A stretch of 64,000 bases of DNA from positions 6,921-70,920 of the IMG/VR virus record IMGVR_UViG_3300043449_000947, one strand, 5' to 3'. The stretch comes from a virus. The translations under genes and the position numbers were made by a program. The notes below the pieces were generated by a model. The model saw only the letters and a program-made list of their open reading frames with translations, made no database searches and had not been told where the DNA came from. Positions 34,114 through 45,475 of the stretch are shown piece after piece. Each line of letters starts with the position of its first letter. The first letter of the stretch is position 1.

Positions 34114-36725
34114 TCAATGACTCCGGTATAGCAGGTCATAACGCCTGCGTGCATGGATGAAGGACCGCCGTAATACTCCACTACATAGCCGTCCATATCG
34201 GTATGATAATTCACAATAGTATTCCCTAGACAGGATTCTGTAACTCCCATCCAAGGCATGGCTCCTGAGTCAGGGTCTGGTGAGAACTTAAACCACCAGA
34301 TACTCAAATCCAGATCATAGATTTCCGCATTCGGAGCCGTCACTGAGTCTTTTTTAGTACGTATGGGACCGCTATTACCGGTGACCATCCAGATTTCAGA
34401 GGCATGAGTGATAGAGGGTGATCCCAGCACTTCTAAATACGTCGAAGGCATCTTTATATTAGGCCATTTGGCAGACCCGAGTATTCCGTTACCCCACGGA
34501 GCCATAACAACCGTAGGCTCTGTATGACTAGGGTACATAGGAGTTACGGCGTAGTAGAACGCTGGAATCTGATCCGCTACGCAAGACTCACTCAGATACT
34601 CGCCAAATTTTTTCGCTATTGGTCCTATAGTCCCTGCGTCGATGTTGGCTTCACCGCCACAACGGCCTACCCAGTGAAAAACGAAGTTGTATAGTCTCCA
34701 GAGCTGCGAGTGCGGGCCAGTGGCTGACTGAATACCAGAACCGGCCGTTTCGGGAGTGTTAAATTTTGAATCGTGGCGAACCATGTAGTAACAGTCGCGA
34801 GCATGGAACGGAATAGCGGCGGCTATACCTGTACTTCTCCCTGAGTACCCTGATGACCTAGAAGAGACATTAAAAGATGTTTCTGATCCTACGGTTATAC
34901 ATTGTGAAAAGAAATCCTGTGCTGCCGCTACACCTTGTACGCCCAGCTTCACGCCGCTGAACGCCGTAGTGCGTACCTCTGGAACGATTTCCTCTCGCCA
35001 GTCCCAGCGAGCGCTGTAAAAATTACCTGCTATGAAGGGCTCTCCTCCATAAGTCGTAGACGTCCATCCACCGGTAAACTGGCACTCAACTCTGTCGTTT
35101 TCAGGAGGAGGAGTTGTTCTCGGTCGAGCGTCATAGAAGTAATTGATAACTTCTAAATCATCGTCGATATGGCACACGAACATCGGCGCATCACATCTAT
35201 CGATACCAACACCTGTTTCGTACGGACCAAAATCAAACGAAACCAGACCACCCATGAGTGGTTCAGGAAACTTGATCTGCGGCTGGCCCTTTGGCCGCGC
35301 TGGGTGGTAGAGGAAGCCAGAACGTACTAACTGAAGTGAGGCTATCCCGGTCATAGACGGAGTAACAGACACAGCCTTAAATTCTGTCATTCCCGCTTCT
35401 ACACCAGCGCTGGTAATGAGTTTGAGTATGGATGTAGCCACTGCTTCAGCCATGCGTTTGGCTTTATTTATCTGCCACGTCTTAGTCAGAGACAATGCGC
35501 TGATTAGACTCGCACCCGGGCCGCTGGTTTTTAACGGCGCTTCCTTACCTAGTTTTATACGTACTCTGTAATGGTTACCGGTGGATTTAAAATCCTCGGT
35601 TCCAACAGCGCAGTTATGTGCTTCGCTTCCACGATTGTTAAACGACCAGCCGATATCGGAACTGAACATCCCTTTGGAATAGAAGTCGCTCATCTGGCCA
35701 GCACTAAGCAGTTCTACGATCTCACCGGCTTTTTTGTAGTCTTCGAATTCGACAGTAGTCGGAAAGCCAGTACCTATCGGTATGCCCTTAAACTCATCTA
35801 TGAAATCCGCCAATTCTGGACTAGCTGCTTTGTAGCGCTCCTGACCGTCTTTAGTAGTAGATACAGGATCGAGGTGCAGGCGCATAGCATGCACACCCCG
35901 CGTAGATATCTCTATCACCCACGGTTTTCCATCTCCGTCGAATGAAATCCCATGTGTTCTGGCAAAGCGATAATCCCATTTCAGAGTCACAACGCCATCT
36001 GTCTTGGAGCCGTACAGCCCAAAAGCGCTGGTCATAGCAGGATCAGGTTCGTCCTCACCAGTAGGGATATCAGTCAAAAAACTCTCTAAGGTTTTGTTTT
36101 TGATCTGAGTCTCTTCCCATGTGGGGCGCACTAGCTGCCCGATGCCCAGTACGAGCTGAACAACTCTACGCATAGCCCCAGAGTATTGAGAGGGTTTTAC
36201 GTGAGCGTGTTCGGAATAAATGAGTTCTGGGTTTGCGTCGATCGCAGAGAAGGCTGCGTCCTCTTTTACACCCAGACGATATCTACGCTGAACGTCAGTG
36301 TAGCGTTCCTCCGTGTACTCACATGGAACGAACCCATTGAGCAGTAGTTTTTTTACGGTACCCTTTTTACCGGGAGTAATCGCGCTAGCTGATATCTCCT
36401 CTTCTACCAGAGTAGGAGAGTAGACGATCCCGCTGACTACATCGATTACACCAGTAGTAGGAGGTTCTTCAGTATCAAACTCAGGAAGCGTTACTTCGCT
36501 ACTGAAGGTAGGCGGGCAGACAACGAGAAGACTGCGGATATTCTGTAGGTCAGCAACTACACAGTAGCTGCCATCACCAAGATCAAAAGCTTTACTGACT
36601 GCAGGGATGTTCTGTGCGGTTTTCCATGCGTTTAGCTGATTAGCTATGTCGAGTGCTTTGGGGAGGAGTTGTTCTGCTCCTCCCCTATCACCTTCTAGGA
36701 GTACGCGCCCAGAAAATCCAGCCAT
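34110..36725 (-). CDS. virion structural protein
   Basis: 871-aa ORF coupled within the tail operon. Confidence 0.65.
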   Translation of the reverse strand: MAGFSGRVLLEGDRGGAEQLLPKALDIANQLNAWKTAQNIPAVSKAFDLGDGSYCVVADLQNIRSLLVVCPPTFSSEVTLPEFDTEEPPTTGVIDVVSGIVYSPTLVEEEISASAITPGKKGTVKKLLLNGFVPCEYTEERYTDVQRRYRLGVKEDAAFSAIDANPELIYSEHAHVKPSQYSGAMRRVVQLVLGIGQLVRPTWEETQIKNKTLESFLTDIPTGEDEPDPAMTSAFGLYGSKTDGVVTLKWDYRFARTHGISFDGDGKPWVIEISTRGVHAMRLHLDPVSTTKDGQERYKAASPELADFIDEFKGIPIGTGFPTTVEFEDYKKAGEIVELLSAGQMSDFYSKGMFSSDIGWSFNNRGSEAHNCAVGTEDFKSTGNHYRVRIKLGKEAPLKTSGPGASLISALSLTKTWQINKAKRMAEAVATSILKLITSAGVEAGMTEFKAVSVTPSMTGIASLQLVRSGFLYHPARPKGQPQIKFPEPLMGGLVSFDFGPYETGVGIDRCDAPMFVCHIDDDLEVINYFYDARPRTTPPPENDRVECQFTGGWTSTTYGGEPFIAGNFYSARWDWREEIVPEVRTTAFSGVKLGVQGVAAAQDFFSQCITVGSETSFNVSSRSSGYSGRSTGIAAAIPFHARDCYYMVRHDSKFNTPETAGSGIQSATGPHSQLWRLYNFVFHWVGRCGGEANIDAGTIGPIAKKFGEYLSESCVADQIPAFYYAVTPMYPSHTEPTVVMAPWGNGILGSAKWPNIKMPSTYLEVLGSPSITHASEIWMVTGNSGPIRTKKDSVTAPNAEIYDLDLSIWWFKFSPDPDSGAMPWMGVTESCLGNTIVNYHTDMDGYVVEYYGGPSSMHAGVMTCYTGVIE

Positions 36726-37300
36726 TACGAGTCTTGAAGTTCTACTTCATAGCCTAGTTCAAACGCATCGCCAGAATAGACCTGACGAACAGTAGTGAAG
36801 CGTGAAGCAGATGCAAGCACACCAGCCGTACCGCCACGAACATTGCTGGACAACAGAGCTGCACCAGAGATATTAACGCTGGTAGTACAGACGATGTTGA
36901 ACACAGCCTTGGAGCTCAGGTTACCAATGACACCTGCGGTAGCATTGCCCGGAGTCCATGCAGGGCGAGTGACGTTGGAATAACCTTCAGTCGTGCTGGT
37001 AATCTCAGTTGCCTGAGTAGCGAAATTGGCAGCAGTCCAGTTAGAAGCTGGGCTAACATTGCCAGAGAACGCAGCCAGATACCACGCGCTGATCTTGGCA
37101 GTAGAGCCCAGAGCAGAGTCGAGGATGTAGGCAATACCTTCGGCGGGGATCAGGTTGAAGTCAATCTGTTCGTCTTTACCGTTGACTGAGTGGGTATATT
37201 TACCACGAGCCATGATGGAGCGATGGATGAGCAGACCTTCGGAGGTCTTTTCAAAATCACCATTCTTTAAAAAATCAGCAATCTCATTAGCATGTTTCAT
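36725..37300 (-). CDS. virion structural protein
   Basis: NLIP.EG..Y.L...WYLA.F...TE...Y...TRP.W...GAAL pattern seen in phage tail proteins. Confidence 0.65.
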   Translation of the reverse strand: MKHANEIADFLKNGDFEKTSEGLLIHRSIMARGKYTHSVNGKDEQIDFNLIPAEGIAYILDSALGSTAKISAWYLAAFSGNVSPASNWTAANFATQATEITSTTEGYSNVTRPAWTPGNATAGVIGNLSSKAVFNIVCTTSVNISGAALLSSNVRGGTAGVLASASRFTTVRQVYSGDAFELGYEVELQDS

Positions 37301-37311
37301 AGGAAAACTCC

Positions 37312-38442
37312 TTATTGTGACAGAGCAATTAAGCGGTCACCCTCGAAAGAGAGGGAACCAGTTCCGAGCGGGAGACCGCTCAATAGATCAGCCTGAGGGT
37401 AAAGGATATTTCCCGACGGTAGACCTAAAGCAAATCCCTTGTGAGTAAGCCATACAGCTACCCACTCAGGTTTGGACTGCAGTTCTAGCTTCATCTGAGC
37501 AGTTGGAACCAATAGAGAAGAACCAGCCTGCGCCGGTATTATATCTGCTATCTTACGTTCCCACTTTTCAGGCATCTCTCCAGCTAGAAAGTGCACTCCC
37601 GAATCCCTTAGAGCGACAAACACGCCGCCTTCTACAGGTTCGATAAAATCAATACGTGATTCAAAAGTAACAAACCCACTACTACGATCATACATGCCAT
37701 AGCGCATCGGGTCTGAGAAAAATAGTGTACGTCCGCGAGCCACGAGCAGACGACCTCTCCAGTACCGTACGTAATCTCCTCCGGGCATACGAGCCTTGTT
37801 CAGAGTATCAGCCGGTTTGCCAAACAAGTCTGTGCGAATGTCGGGTACAGTCGTACTGACTGTAATTTCCTTAACCATATAAAGAACATCACTGCGTGGC
37901 TTGTATATACGCATACGAGCTACGGTGTTCTCACTCGGAGGAGCTATGGTGTTCCCCACAAAGACTGGTGACAACGGTCCTTCTTCTCCATCGAAGTTCA
38001 CGAAAGCGACAGCGGTGCTGTCTTCCGTTAACTCCTGAGTCCCCAGACTGGGAACTACAGGTAACTCAACTCCGATTTTCTTCACACCGTCTGAGGTCAA
38101 CCGAGCCAGAATGGAGTGATTGGTAAAGACGGGTTCTTCGTTAAGAAGACTCCAAGTGACTTTACCTTCTATATCGAATGAGCTTAATACCGTAGCTCCA
38201 CTGTCGTGGAATTCGCAGACGCGTTTGTTGTAAATACCGAAGACGCGGCCTGCATGTGTAAAAAGGCTGTGCCCCCCGGTGGATACTAGCGAATACCCAG
38301 CGCGAGGCACAATCGAGCCATCTGAGGTAATCAAAACATTATTGGCCTCCAGCACGCTTCCAGAAGGGCACGCAGCCGGGTCATTCACATTTTGAATTCC
38401 TCTAGCCCAAGGCCCTAAGGAGACGGATGAATCTTGTTTCAT
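37312..38442 (-). CDS. tail structural protein (beta-rich)
   Basis: A.NV.I..DG....R.GY and GRLLVA.G..L.FSDP motifs, like tail stabilization/tubular proteins. Confidence 0.6.
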   Translation of the reverse strand: MKQDSSVSLGPWARGIQNVNDPAACPSGSVLEANNVLITSDGSIVPRAGYSLVSTGGHSLFTHAGRVFGIYNKRVCEFHDSGATVLSSFDIEGKVTWSLLNEEPVFTNHSILARLTSDGVKKIGVELPVVPSLGTQELTEDSTAVAFVNFDGEEGPLSPVFVGNTIAPPSENTVARMRIYKPRSDVLYMVKEITVSTTVPDIRTDLFGKPADTLNKARMPGGDYVRYWRGRLLVARGRTLFFSDPMRYGMYDRSSGFVTFESRIDFIEPVEGGVFVALRDSGVHFLAGEMPEKWERKIADIIPAQAGSSLLVPTAQMKLELQSKPEWVAVWLTHKGFALGLPSGNILYPQADLLSGLPLGTGSLSFEGDRLIALSQ

Positions 38443-38466
38443 AACGTAGGATTGTAAATCAATATG

Positions 38467-41406
38467 TTACCCCGTGATAGTCGCTCTACCGAAGCATCTA
38501 GGTGCTGGAATCTGGTAGGGGCGCATCGCCTGTATCTTCAGAGTTACCTCCGTCTTACCAAAAGAAGAAGTGTCGCCTAGAGAAGCTTGTACGGGAGGAT
38601 TTTTCTTTCTAACACGCATCCGCTGATTGAAATACATCGGCGTGTAGTCGCACTCGAACGAATCAAACCCTACCGGATATATCTGCCGAATCTTATATTC
38701 AACACGTGCTGTTCCCCAATCAAGGAAATCAGTACCCCCCATATTACTCACTACGCGAGGGAAATGAATCATCGGCTGATTGTTACCGTACACATCCATG
38801 CGGCTACCGACCGGATAGATCGTTCGATTGAACAGCTCTACGAACTGTTTATCCGAGGCAAAGAAATTCGTACCTTCAGGATAGATAGTTCTGGTAAACG
38901 GTTCTACGTACCCAAGCGTTACTTCTGGTTTACCCCAGAGCGTGAAATTCTCATCGCCGATATAGACGAAAGATATCGAAGGTATGTCAGGAATGCCCGC
39001 ACGCTTTGGCGGTATTCCGTCCAGATAGAGGCGTCGATTCTTGAGCTGAAGTTCCAGATCTTCACTGACCACCTCACCCATCGTGCTGTCTCCAGCGAGG
39101 ACGTTGTGATAGTGGTAGAGCACGCGGTTTGATTTACACGTAACGAGCGGCCTGCCCCACTGCACATCAGGCGTACGTATCGGGACTATCAATCCTCCGG
39201 GATAGTTGATCGGGTTAGATACGTCATCCAGCTCTAGGAACGTATGAGATTCTGGATGGTTATCCACCGCCTGTTGCGGCGTATCCAGACGACACCAGAC
39301 TGTATGTGGAGATATGCGCGGCTTGCCCCATTGAATTAACGGCGTAGGGTCAGCTTCTCCAGACGCTTCCGGATTACCGGGACCCACACCATTTACTACA
39401 ACTGGCTGAACGGTAGCGTTCTTGATCTCCTGAGCATGAGGGATGAAGGGGATACCAAACACACTGTCTGGCCAATCCCATAACGGACTACAGCCTTGTA
39501 TATGAACTTCTACCGTACCGAACCTAGAGCTCTCCCAGTCGTCGGGGGATACGCGATTGCCTCTGAGAACTGGTCTGCCAACATTAGAGTTATTTGTAGA
39601 CGTTTCCTCTGTGGAATATCCGGCAGGCACTACCGTCTGAGGAGCGGGAATCTGCGGCTCGTCTATACGTACATCGTGCAGGCGCGAAATGAGTGACGCG
39701 TCAAAGCCAACGATCGGTAGCGTCTTGGTCCGAAACTCGACGTGTGGGCGGGGCAGGAATTCAAGCGCTGGCGGAATTGACTGCCCAGACACACTGACTG
39801 TACGAGTGTACAGACCTACGTAGTGTTTAGTAGACGGCTCAAACTCAATCCACGGCCATGCTTTTATCTCCGGAGTAACGTTCTGAACAGAGGGCGTACC
39901 CCACTCGTCAGTCTGCGGCCCCCACGGCTTGAAGATCGTGAACTTGACCTCGAAGACATGACCACCAATACCCAGAGGAGGTATACCCTCCGCAACAGTC
40001 AGCTGTCTGAATAGACCTACATAGTGAGTGAGCGGTACGTTGAAGTCAGGAGGAGGGATGCCATTACTGAGCAACGCACCCGGCTGCTTGTCCAGTGAGA
40101 CAGTGCGCACGCCATGAGCGACGAACTGATCACCCCAGCGTATGTGCAGATTGTTCGAGCCAAACAGATCAATCCACTGAGTGTTGCTCCAGACGTAGGG
40201 AACGCCTGCATACAAACGTGGAATACCTGACGGAGCAATTACCTGCGCGTAGTTGTAAATCTCGGTCCAGCGGAAGACCGTCGATGATTCCCAGCCAGCA
40301 GGATTGAGGGTGCGGATCGCAGCAGAGACGAACGCCGTACCGTACTCAGCATGATCGTAGCCGTGCTGCTCGAGCACACGAGCATTGTTATAGACGTAAG
40401 TGCCGCTACCGAACCGTGAGGAGCTCCACCCGTAGTTGGTGACGGTCTTATTGCCGTTCTCGACACCCCACGGGATACCAACGACTATCGGAGTATCCAG
40501 ACCTTCTGGATAGACGTATCGAGGAGATTGAGAAACCCACGTAGAACCCCACTCGGTGAAGTTCTCGATAGTCTGTGGAGTTACGTAGCGGGTTAGAAGC
40601 TGTACATCAGGCTGACCTGCCTCACCTTCGATAGACGGCGGGTATACAACGACCTCGTTGCGAGCGACGCCTGCAGTACCAAACTGCAAGCTATCCCAGC
40701 CATCGAGTGCAAAGGTTCTGGTAGCGTATTCGACCTTACCGAAACGTCCAGTCTGCTCCCAGTCATATGTATATGGCCAGACACTAGGAGGAGTGACGTA
40801 ACGAATACTGAACCAGACAGTAGGTGTGCCCGGAGTCGGCGGGTTGATCTGGTGGGTGCTGAGATCGACCGTGCGGATCGTGCTCTCAACGACTGCCGTA
40901 CCGTAGGCAGAAGTGCTGAGTCCACCGACATTGGTCAGGTAGCGCGTGCGGTTGTAGACCTCCGCAGTACCAGACGCGAAGCCGATGATGCTGCGGTTGA
41001 CCAGATCTACATACTGGTTCTCCGGGATGTAGACGTGCCCGTAGCCGAAACTACCGAAGGACGTGCCTTCGGGATAGATCGTCTGGAGAACACCGGCAAT
41101 GTAGGTAAACGGAGTGCCGAACAGCGCGGCATCCCAACCATGAGTGACGACCCTTCGGCCTACAACAACAGAGCCGAAGTCCGCTTGGTCGGAGAGCGTT
41201 ACACCTAGGAGAGTGTTTGTGGAAGGAGGGGCAAACTCAAGGATGACTGACGCACCGGATGGCGCGGTGTAGGCATCACCAAAGTTTAGAACTACGGAGC
41301 TACCACTAGGCGGTATGTAGCTCTGTACAGCAAACTGAAAATTTTGAGAAGGAGTATATTCACCGACAGCAGTGAATATAAAATCGCTATCGGGAGTGTA
41401 AGCCAC
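38467..41406 (-). CDS. large repetitive tail-associated protein
   Basis: 979 aa with recurrent (P.G.D...FG...V) units. Confidence 0.65.
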   Translation of the reverse strand: MAYTPDSDFIFTAVGEYTPSQNFQFAVQSYIPPSGSSVVLNFGDAYTAPSGASVILEFAPPSTNTLLGVTLSDQADFGSVVVGRRVVTHGWDAALFGTPFTYIAGVLQTIYPEGTSFGSFGYGHVYIPENQYVDLVNRSIIGFASGTAEVYNRTRYLTNVGGLSTSAYGTAVVESTIRTVDLSTHQINPPTPGTPTVWFSIRYVTPPSVWPYTYDWEQTGRFGKVEYATRTFALDGWDSLQFGTAGVARNEVVVYPPSIEGEAGQPDVQLLTRYVTPQTIENFTEWGSTWVSQSPRYVYPEGLDTPIVVGIPWGVENGNKTVTNYGWSSSRFGSGTYVYNNARVLEQHGYDHAEYGTAFVSAAIRTLNPAGWESSTVFRWTEIYNYAQVIAPSGIPRLYAGVPYVWSNTQWIDLFGSNNLHIRWGDQFVAHGVRTVSLDKQPGALLSNGIPPPDFNVPLTHYVGLFRQLTVAEGIPPLGIGGHVFEVKFTIFKPWGPQTDEWGTPSVQNVTPEIKAWPWIEFEPSTKHYVGLYTRTVSVSGQSIPPALEFLPRPHVEFRTKTLPIVGFDASLISRLHDVRIDEPQIPAPQTVVPAGYSTEETSTNNSNVGRPVLRGNRVSPDDWESSRFGTVEVHIQGCSPLWDWPDSVFGIPFIPHAQEIKNATVQPVVVNGVGPGNPEASGEADPTPLIQWGKPRISPHTVWCRLDTPQQAVDNHPESHTFLELDDVSNPINYPGGLIVPIRTPDVQWGRPLVTCKSNRVLYHYHNVLAGDSTMGEVVSEDLELQLKNRRLYLDGIPPKRAGIPDIPSISFVYIGDENFTLWGKPEVTLGYVEPFTRTIYPEGTNFFASDKQFVELFNRTIYPVGSRMDVYGNNQPMIHFPRVVSNMGGTDFLDWGTARVEYKIRQIYPVGFDSFECDYTPMYFNQRMRVRKKNPPVQASLGDTSSFGKTEVTLKIQAMRPYQIPAPRCFGRATITG

Positions 41407-41410
41407 GCCC

Positions 41411-42493
41411 TTACACCGCGATCAAAGGGCCGTGCATCAGCGGACGAATGAACCGCCCTTTGTTGGTCCATATGACATCGCCATCAGCTACGGTAGCGCC
41501 TAGTGTGGTTGGCCAGATTGGTTCCGACGATCCTGTTAGTGCATTTAGCGTAAACTCGCTGGCTGGCTCGGTAAAATCTGCCGTATATCGAGCGGCCTTT
41601 GTGATACGTATGCTATCCATATACCCTTTAAGCGCGTAAGTGTATCCGGTATAAAGATGCGCACCGACGGTGAGTGCAGTGGCGACGTCCGCAATAGTGG
41701 TGTTATGAGTCTGGTTTGCGCCAGCCTGAGTACCATTTACGAAAAACCGAAGCGTTGTTCCTGACTTGCACACCGCAAGGTGATACCACGTATCAAGGCT
41801 GAAAGTATAATTTACGGTGAGTTCTGTGCCTGCTGTCGAAAACACGATAGCCGTGTAACTATTACTCGTTCCGGTTATTTTCCAGTGGAAGGCGCGAGCG
41901 CCTATCTGATCCTTCCCGACCAAGACAGCCGCGTAAAAACCGCCAAAACTGTTTGAATACCCGGTGAATCGCACCCACGACTCTAGAGTGAAATCACCGC
42001 TACCCAGCTCAAAATCAGCAGAATCTCCACAATCCAGATAATCGCCAGTACCGTCCAACAAACAGGACGCACCACCGAATTTGCTTTGCGCGGTACTGAT
42101 CTTCGCATCTCCAGCAGGAGTGATGGCGTGACCCTTGGCGTCAGTGAATGCTGTCGCTCCGTTGTTTCCATTACAGTTCAGTAACAGCACGGTGTTACCT
42201 GAGAAACTCTCTCCCGAAGCTGTGGTAGCTTTGAAAATGTATGGCGTGGTCGCTGGCGAGGTTGGCACGCTGTAATCATTAAGTAGGGTTTCGTGGCCTG
42301 CCGACCACGCTGGGCCTGTTTTCGGCCTGCAACTCACCACATACGCCTTCCCTGCCGCCAACCCTGTGATCGTATAGCTGTTCAGCACCACAGCTGCTGC
42401 ACCAGCAAAGGCGTGAGTGTCTGCATCGAAGGCAGTAGCAATCCAGTCGGTGGGGTCACCGATGGTAGTTACTGTTCCGGTAATAGACGCCAT
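41411..42493 (-). CDS. tail protein with LamG/concanavalin A-like domain
   Basis: SKFGG.S..DG.GDY, GDFTLE.W, WYHLAV, FFVNG, GYMDSIRITKAARY. Confidence 0.85.
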   Translation of the reverse strand: MASITGTVTTIGDPTDWIATAFDADTHAFAGAAAVVLNSYTITGLAAGKAYVVSCRPKTGPAWSAGHETLLNDYSVPTSPATTPYIFKATTASGESFSGNTVLLLNCNGNNGATAFTDAKGHAITPAGDAKISTAQSKFGGASCLLDGTGDYLDCGDSADFELGSGDFTLESWVRFTGYSNSFGGFYAAVLVGKDQIGARAFHWKITGTSNSYTAIVFSTAGTELTVNYTFSLDTWYHLAVCKSGTTLRFFVNGTQAGANQTHNTTIADVATALTVGAHLYTGYTYALKGYMDSIRITKAARYTADFTEPASEFTLNALTGSSEPIWPTTLGATVADGDVIWTNKGRFIRPLMHGPLIAV

Positions 42494-42494
42494 G

Positions 42495-43313
42495 CTAGTA
42501 CGTCATGAGAATAGGATTAACGTGTGCGTAGATTACGCTATTTCGGCTTGCAGATTCATCTACGCCGATTACAGACCATGGCCCGGCCCCAATGTTTTCA
42601 AATAAGAAGACTCCATCCTCTCCAGAATAGATAGACCTCGCAAGCAGACCTGATTTTTGTTCAACAAGATCAACCCTTCGCGAATAAGGTTCTCCTAGAA
42701 CAGTAGTAGATCCAGCTATGTAATACGGTCCTGAGAAAGGCGTATTGTTGGTGAATCTCTCTGGGCAATGCCATAAAAAACCTGTAGTTACAGCACCTGC
42801 GTTGTATCTGTACTGAAGATCATGAACTACGTGCCCAGTGGAATTAAATACCGTAACGTCGTAAGTCTTAGTCTCTCCGTCAGTAAAGACTTGATTAGAC
42901 CACGAACATTTGTGCGTGAAGGTAGTTCCATTATCGCTATAGAAAAGCGAGAAATCACGAGGGTTACCGATTTGTGAGTTGTTTGAGTGCTCGTAGAGAC
43001 GCATCTCAACAACATCGATAGCGTTTCCGGCACCCATGTCGTACTGAAGCCACCCTTGACCTTGGTAATAGCCGTTGGCTAATACGTATTCAGTACTGGA
43101 ATACCACCAATTGGTAGCTGAAAAAACCCCGTCAAAAGCTGCGGATGGCGGGTTTGTAGTGATGTAAGCGGTACTGCTGGCCGTAGCCGTCCCGCCTACA
43201 GCAGCCTGTGCGCCACCGGGAGTAGTGGCGAGGATTATTTCGTTTATACGAGTCTTGTTATCGTTACTGTATGGCCTCCATACTACGAGTCGCCAATAGC
43301 GATGCGCAGCCAT
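42495..43313 (-). CDS. tail protein with discoidin/F5-8C-like domain
   Basis: HRYWRL, TATASS...AFDG...W, WLQYD, P.DF.L.YSDNG. Confidence 0.75.
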   Translation of the reverse strand: MAAHRYWRLVVWRPYSNDNKTRINEIILATTPGGAQAAVGGTATASSTAYITTNPPSAAFDGVFSATNWWYSSTEYVLANGYYQGQGWLQYDMGAGNAIDVVEMRLYEHSNNSQIGNPRDFSLFYSDNGTTFTHKCSWSNQVFTDGETKTYDVTVFNSTGHVVHDLQYRYNAGAVTTGFLWHCPERFTNNTPFSGPYYIAGSTTVLGEPYSRRVDLVEQKSGLLARSIYSGEDGVFLFENIGAGPWSVIGVDESASRNSVIYAHVNPILMTY

Positions 43314-43314
43314 A

Positions 43315-44490
43315 TTAAGTGTCCCATGGGCCCGTGATATCTATGACGCAGGAGCACTCACCGGAACCTGTTTGGCCGCGCATGAATAGGAATCTCCTAC
43401 CAGTGTAGCCAACTATATTTTCTATAAGTGTCGCGTTAGGTAATGCGGGGCCATGCATCCCTTCAAAAAATCCCGGCAACCTTCCACGAATAATATTAGC
43501 TTGTGTCAGGAATGCCGGAACCATATAAAAACCATTGTCTGGGGCATTCGGGAAATTGACGTAGGAAGTAAAACCAAGCGAAGTGCTGAGGCCAGAAGCA
43601 AAAACCTGCGCAATCTTTGATCCTGATATCCCCGAATAGTCCCGAGCTGTTGCAAGCAGGGGTGTGGTAGTCCCCGGAGTGCCTGCAGTTACGCTGTTAG
43701 CTGAATTAAACAATCCACAATATTGGGTTGTGCTGGACTGGCCAGATATAGAACTACCAGTACAAAACGCGCTGTACGCATCTCCCGGTTTATAGGACAG
43801 ATACTCACCAAACGCAAAAGCGTTTTTATATAGACCCGGCGATTCTATAGCAGCGCCGTTAAAGTAAGTGAAGCCGTATACCGTCTTACCATCCGTGATG
43901 ATCAGCCAGTTGCGTGCGGATGTATTCAGCGCGTCTGACTTCATAATGATGAAGCCGCTAGCGTACTGCGCTGCTGTGGGAAAGATATCTGTGCCAGTGT
44001 CTATATCGCTCATAGACATGTAGCACGTGAGGAGTCCTTCGCGTTGAGTGGTTGCCGCGTTATCAACAATACGTACATACGGGCGCGAACCAGTCAGGTT
44101 GTTTGTACGATAGACTCCTTTGCCCGTAGCTGTATAGATTTTAGTGAATCCAGCTGGAGCACGTTTACTTGTAATCGTGCCGGTAGCAGGAGACGTTGGG
44201 CTATTAGCTACTATATAAGTAAACGAAGTACTACTTACGAAGGTGATTAGAAATTCACCGTTGTAATCCACCTCGGTGGCTCCTGCTATGAGGACGGTAT
44301 CTCCCGTCGCCAATCCATGCGACGTAGCTGTAGTGACGGTGGCAGTACCGCTTGATTGTGTAATCGAAGACACACTGACGGACCCATACCCATCAACGAG
44401 TACGGCATCGAGAACAGTGTTAAGAGCTCCAGCTGAACCGCTAAGTGTTGGAGCTCCTAACTGATCAGAGCGGTATACCTTGACCGTCAT
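43315..44490 (-). CDS. tail structural protein
   Basis: GAPTLSG.AG.L..VL.A.LVDGYG and the ATVTTATSHGL..GD.V.I.GA....YNG domain. Confidence 0.75.
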   Translation of the reverse strand: MTVKVYRSDQLGAPTLSGSAGALNTVLDAVLVDGYGSVSVSSITQSSGTATVTTATSHGLATGDTVLIAGATEVDYNGEFLITFVSSTSFTYIVANSPTSPATGTITSKRAPAGFTKIYTATGKGVYRTNNLTGSRPYVRIVDNAATTQREGLLTCYMSMSDIDTGTDIFPTAAQYASGFIIMKSDALNTSARNWLIITDGKTVYGFTYFNGAAIESPGLYKNAFAFGEYLSYKPGDAYSAFCTGSSISGQSSTTQYCGLFNSANSVTAGTPGTTTPLLATARDYSGISGSKIAQVFASGLSTSLGFTSYVNFPNAPDNGFYMVPAFLTQANIIRGRLPGFFEGMHGPALPNATLIENIVGYTGRRFLFMRGQTGSGECSCVIDITGPWDT

Positions 44491-44495
44491 GGTGA

Positions 44496-44903
44496 TTACA
44501 GCTTAAAGATCTTGTTCGTGCCGTTGTCCCACGTGACGATGATGTCACCACCGTTGGGAGTGATTGGCAGACCAGTTGCCGTGTCGATGTAGGCAATCAG
44601 CGGGGAGGTAGCTTCTACACCAGTGTCCTTGTAAATGATCAGAGCTTCAATCGACGGACCTGATACAGCAGAGAACGTCACGTCTGCGGCGTCTGCAGCA
44701 CCGCCAGTCGTAGACTTACCAGTCAGAGTGACGGGCGTAGTGATACGAGCGGAGTTAGAAACGTCAGAGAGGAATTCGTGAGAAGCCAGAACCGGTGTGT
44801 ACGCTCCAGTGTCGACCATCAGAACCTTGATGGTATCGGTCAGCCAGTTGAATTGACCTTCGAGGAAGCGCTGACGACCTTTATCATATAAAGCGTTTGC
44901 CAT
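44496..44903 (-). CDS. virion structural protein
   Basis: MANALYDKG...DAADVTF...LIAYID...PNGGDI.VTWD pattern. Confidence 0.75.
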   Translation of the reverse strand: MANALYDKGRQRFLEGQFNWLTDTIKVLMVDTGAYTPVLASHEFLSDVSNSARITTPVTLTGKSTTGGAADAADVTFSAVSGPSIEALIIYKDTGVEATSPLIAYIDTATGLPITPNGGDIIVTWDNGTNKIFKL

Positions 44904-45220
44904 GGAAATAACTCCTGAAATGAAGTGGTTAGGTTAAACGATCGAATCGTACTTGGAAAGAATTATCGCCGCCCATTAAGAGCTTCCTCAACCTGCCAGA
45001 TACAGAACGGGCATAACACCCATTCTGTTTTGGGAGGAAGGGGTTGAGCGCAGAGTTTGCACAGCTGCTCATGAGTGACAGGCGGCGCTGCAGTTGGCGT
45101 ATTTGGTGTGGACTGCATGAGCCATAAACCGTCCGGAGTTAAAAACCATATCGCCTGCGAATGTTATGACTATCCCGATAGCGATACCGAACAGGGCTAT
45201 ACACACTCGTGTGTACAGGC

Positions 45221-45475
45221 TCATTTTATGTGAGTGCGTATCCATTCCCATGCACCCGCAGCTACAGTAATAAAGGAAACTGTACCTATAATAAAGATTC
45301 TGAACCACTTGGCGCCCATCTCCCACTCGGTAACTTTCTGTTCGAGTTTGAGTTGAGCTTCACGCATTTCATATTGCTTCTGCTGGATGGGCTGTAATTC
45401 TTCGCGAATCACCGCACGGAACTCATAATCGTAAAGACGAGTGCGTCTTTCTTCTCCACTCCAGTCATCACTCAT
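45221..45475 (-). CDS. coiled-coil + C-terminal TM protein (holin/antiholin-like)
   Basis: W.G.ERR N-terminus, coiled coil, single TM. Lies in the lysis region. Confidence 0.55.
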   Translation of the reverse strand: MSDDWSGEERRTRLYDYEFRAVIREELQPIQQKQYEMREAQLKLEQKVTEWEMGAKWFRIFIIGTVSFITVAAGAWEWIRTHIK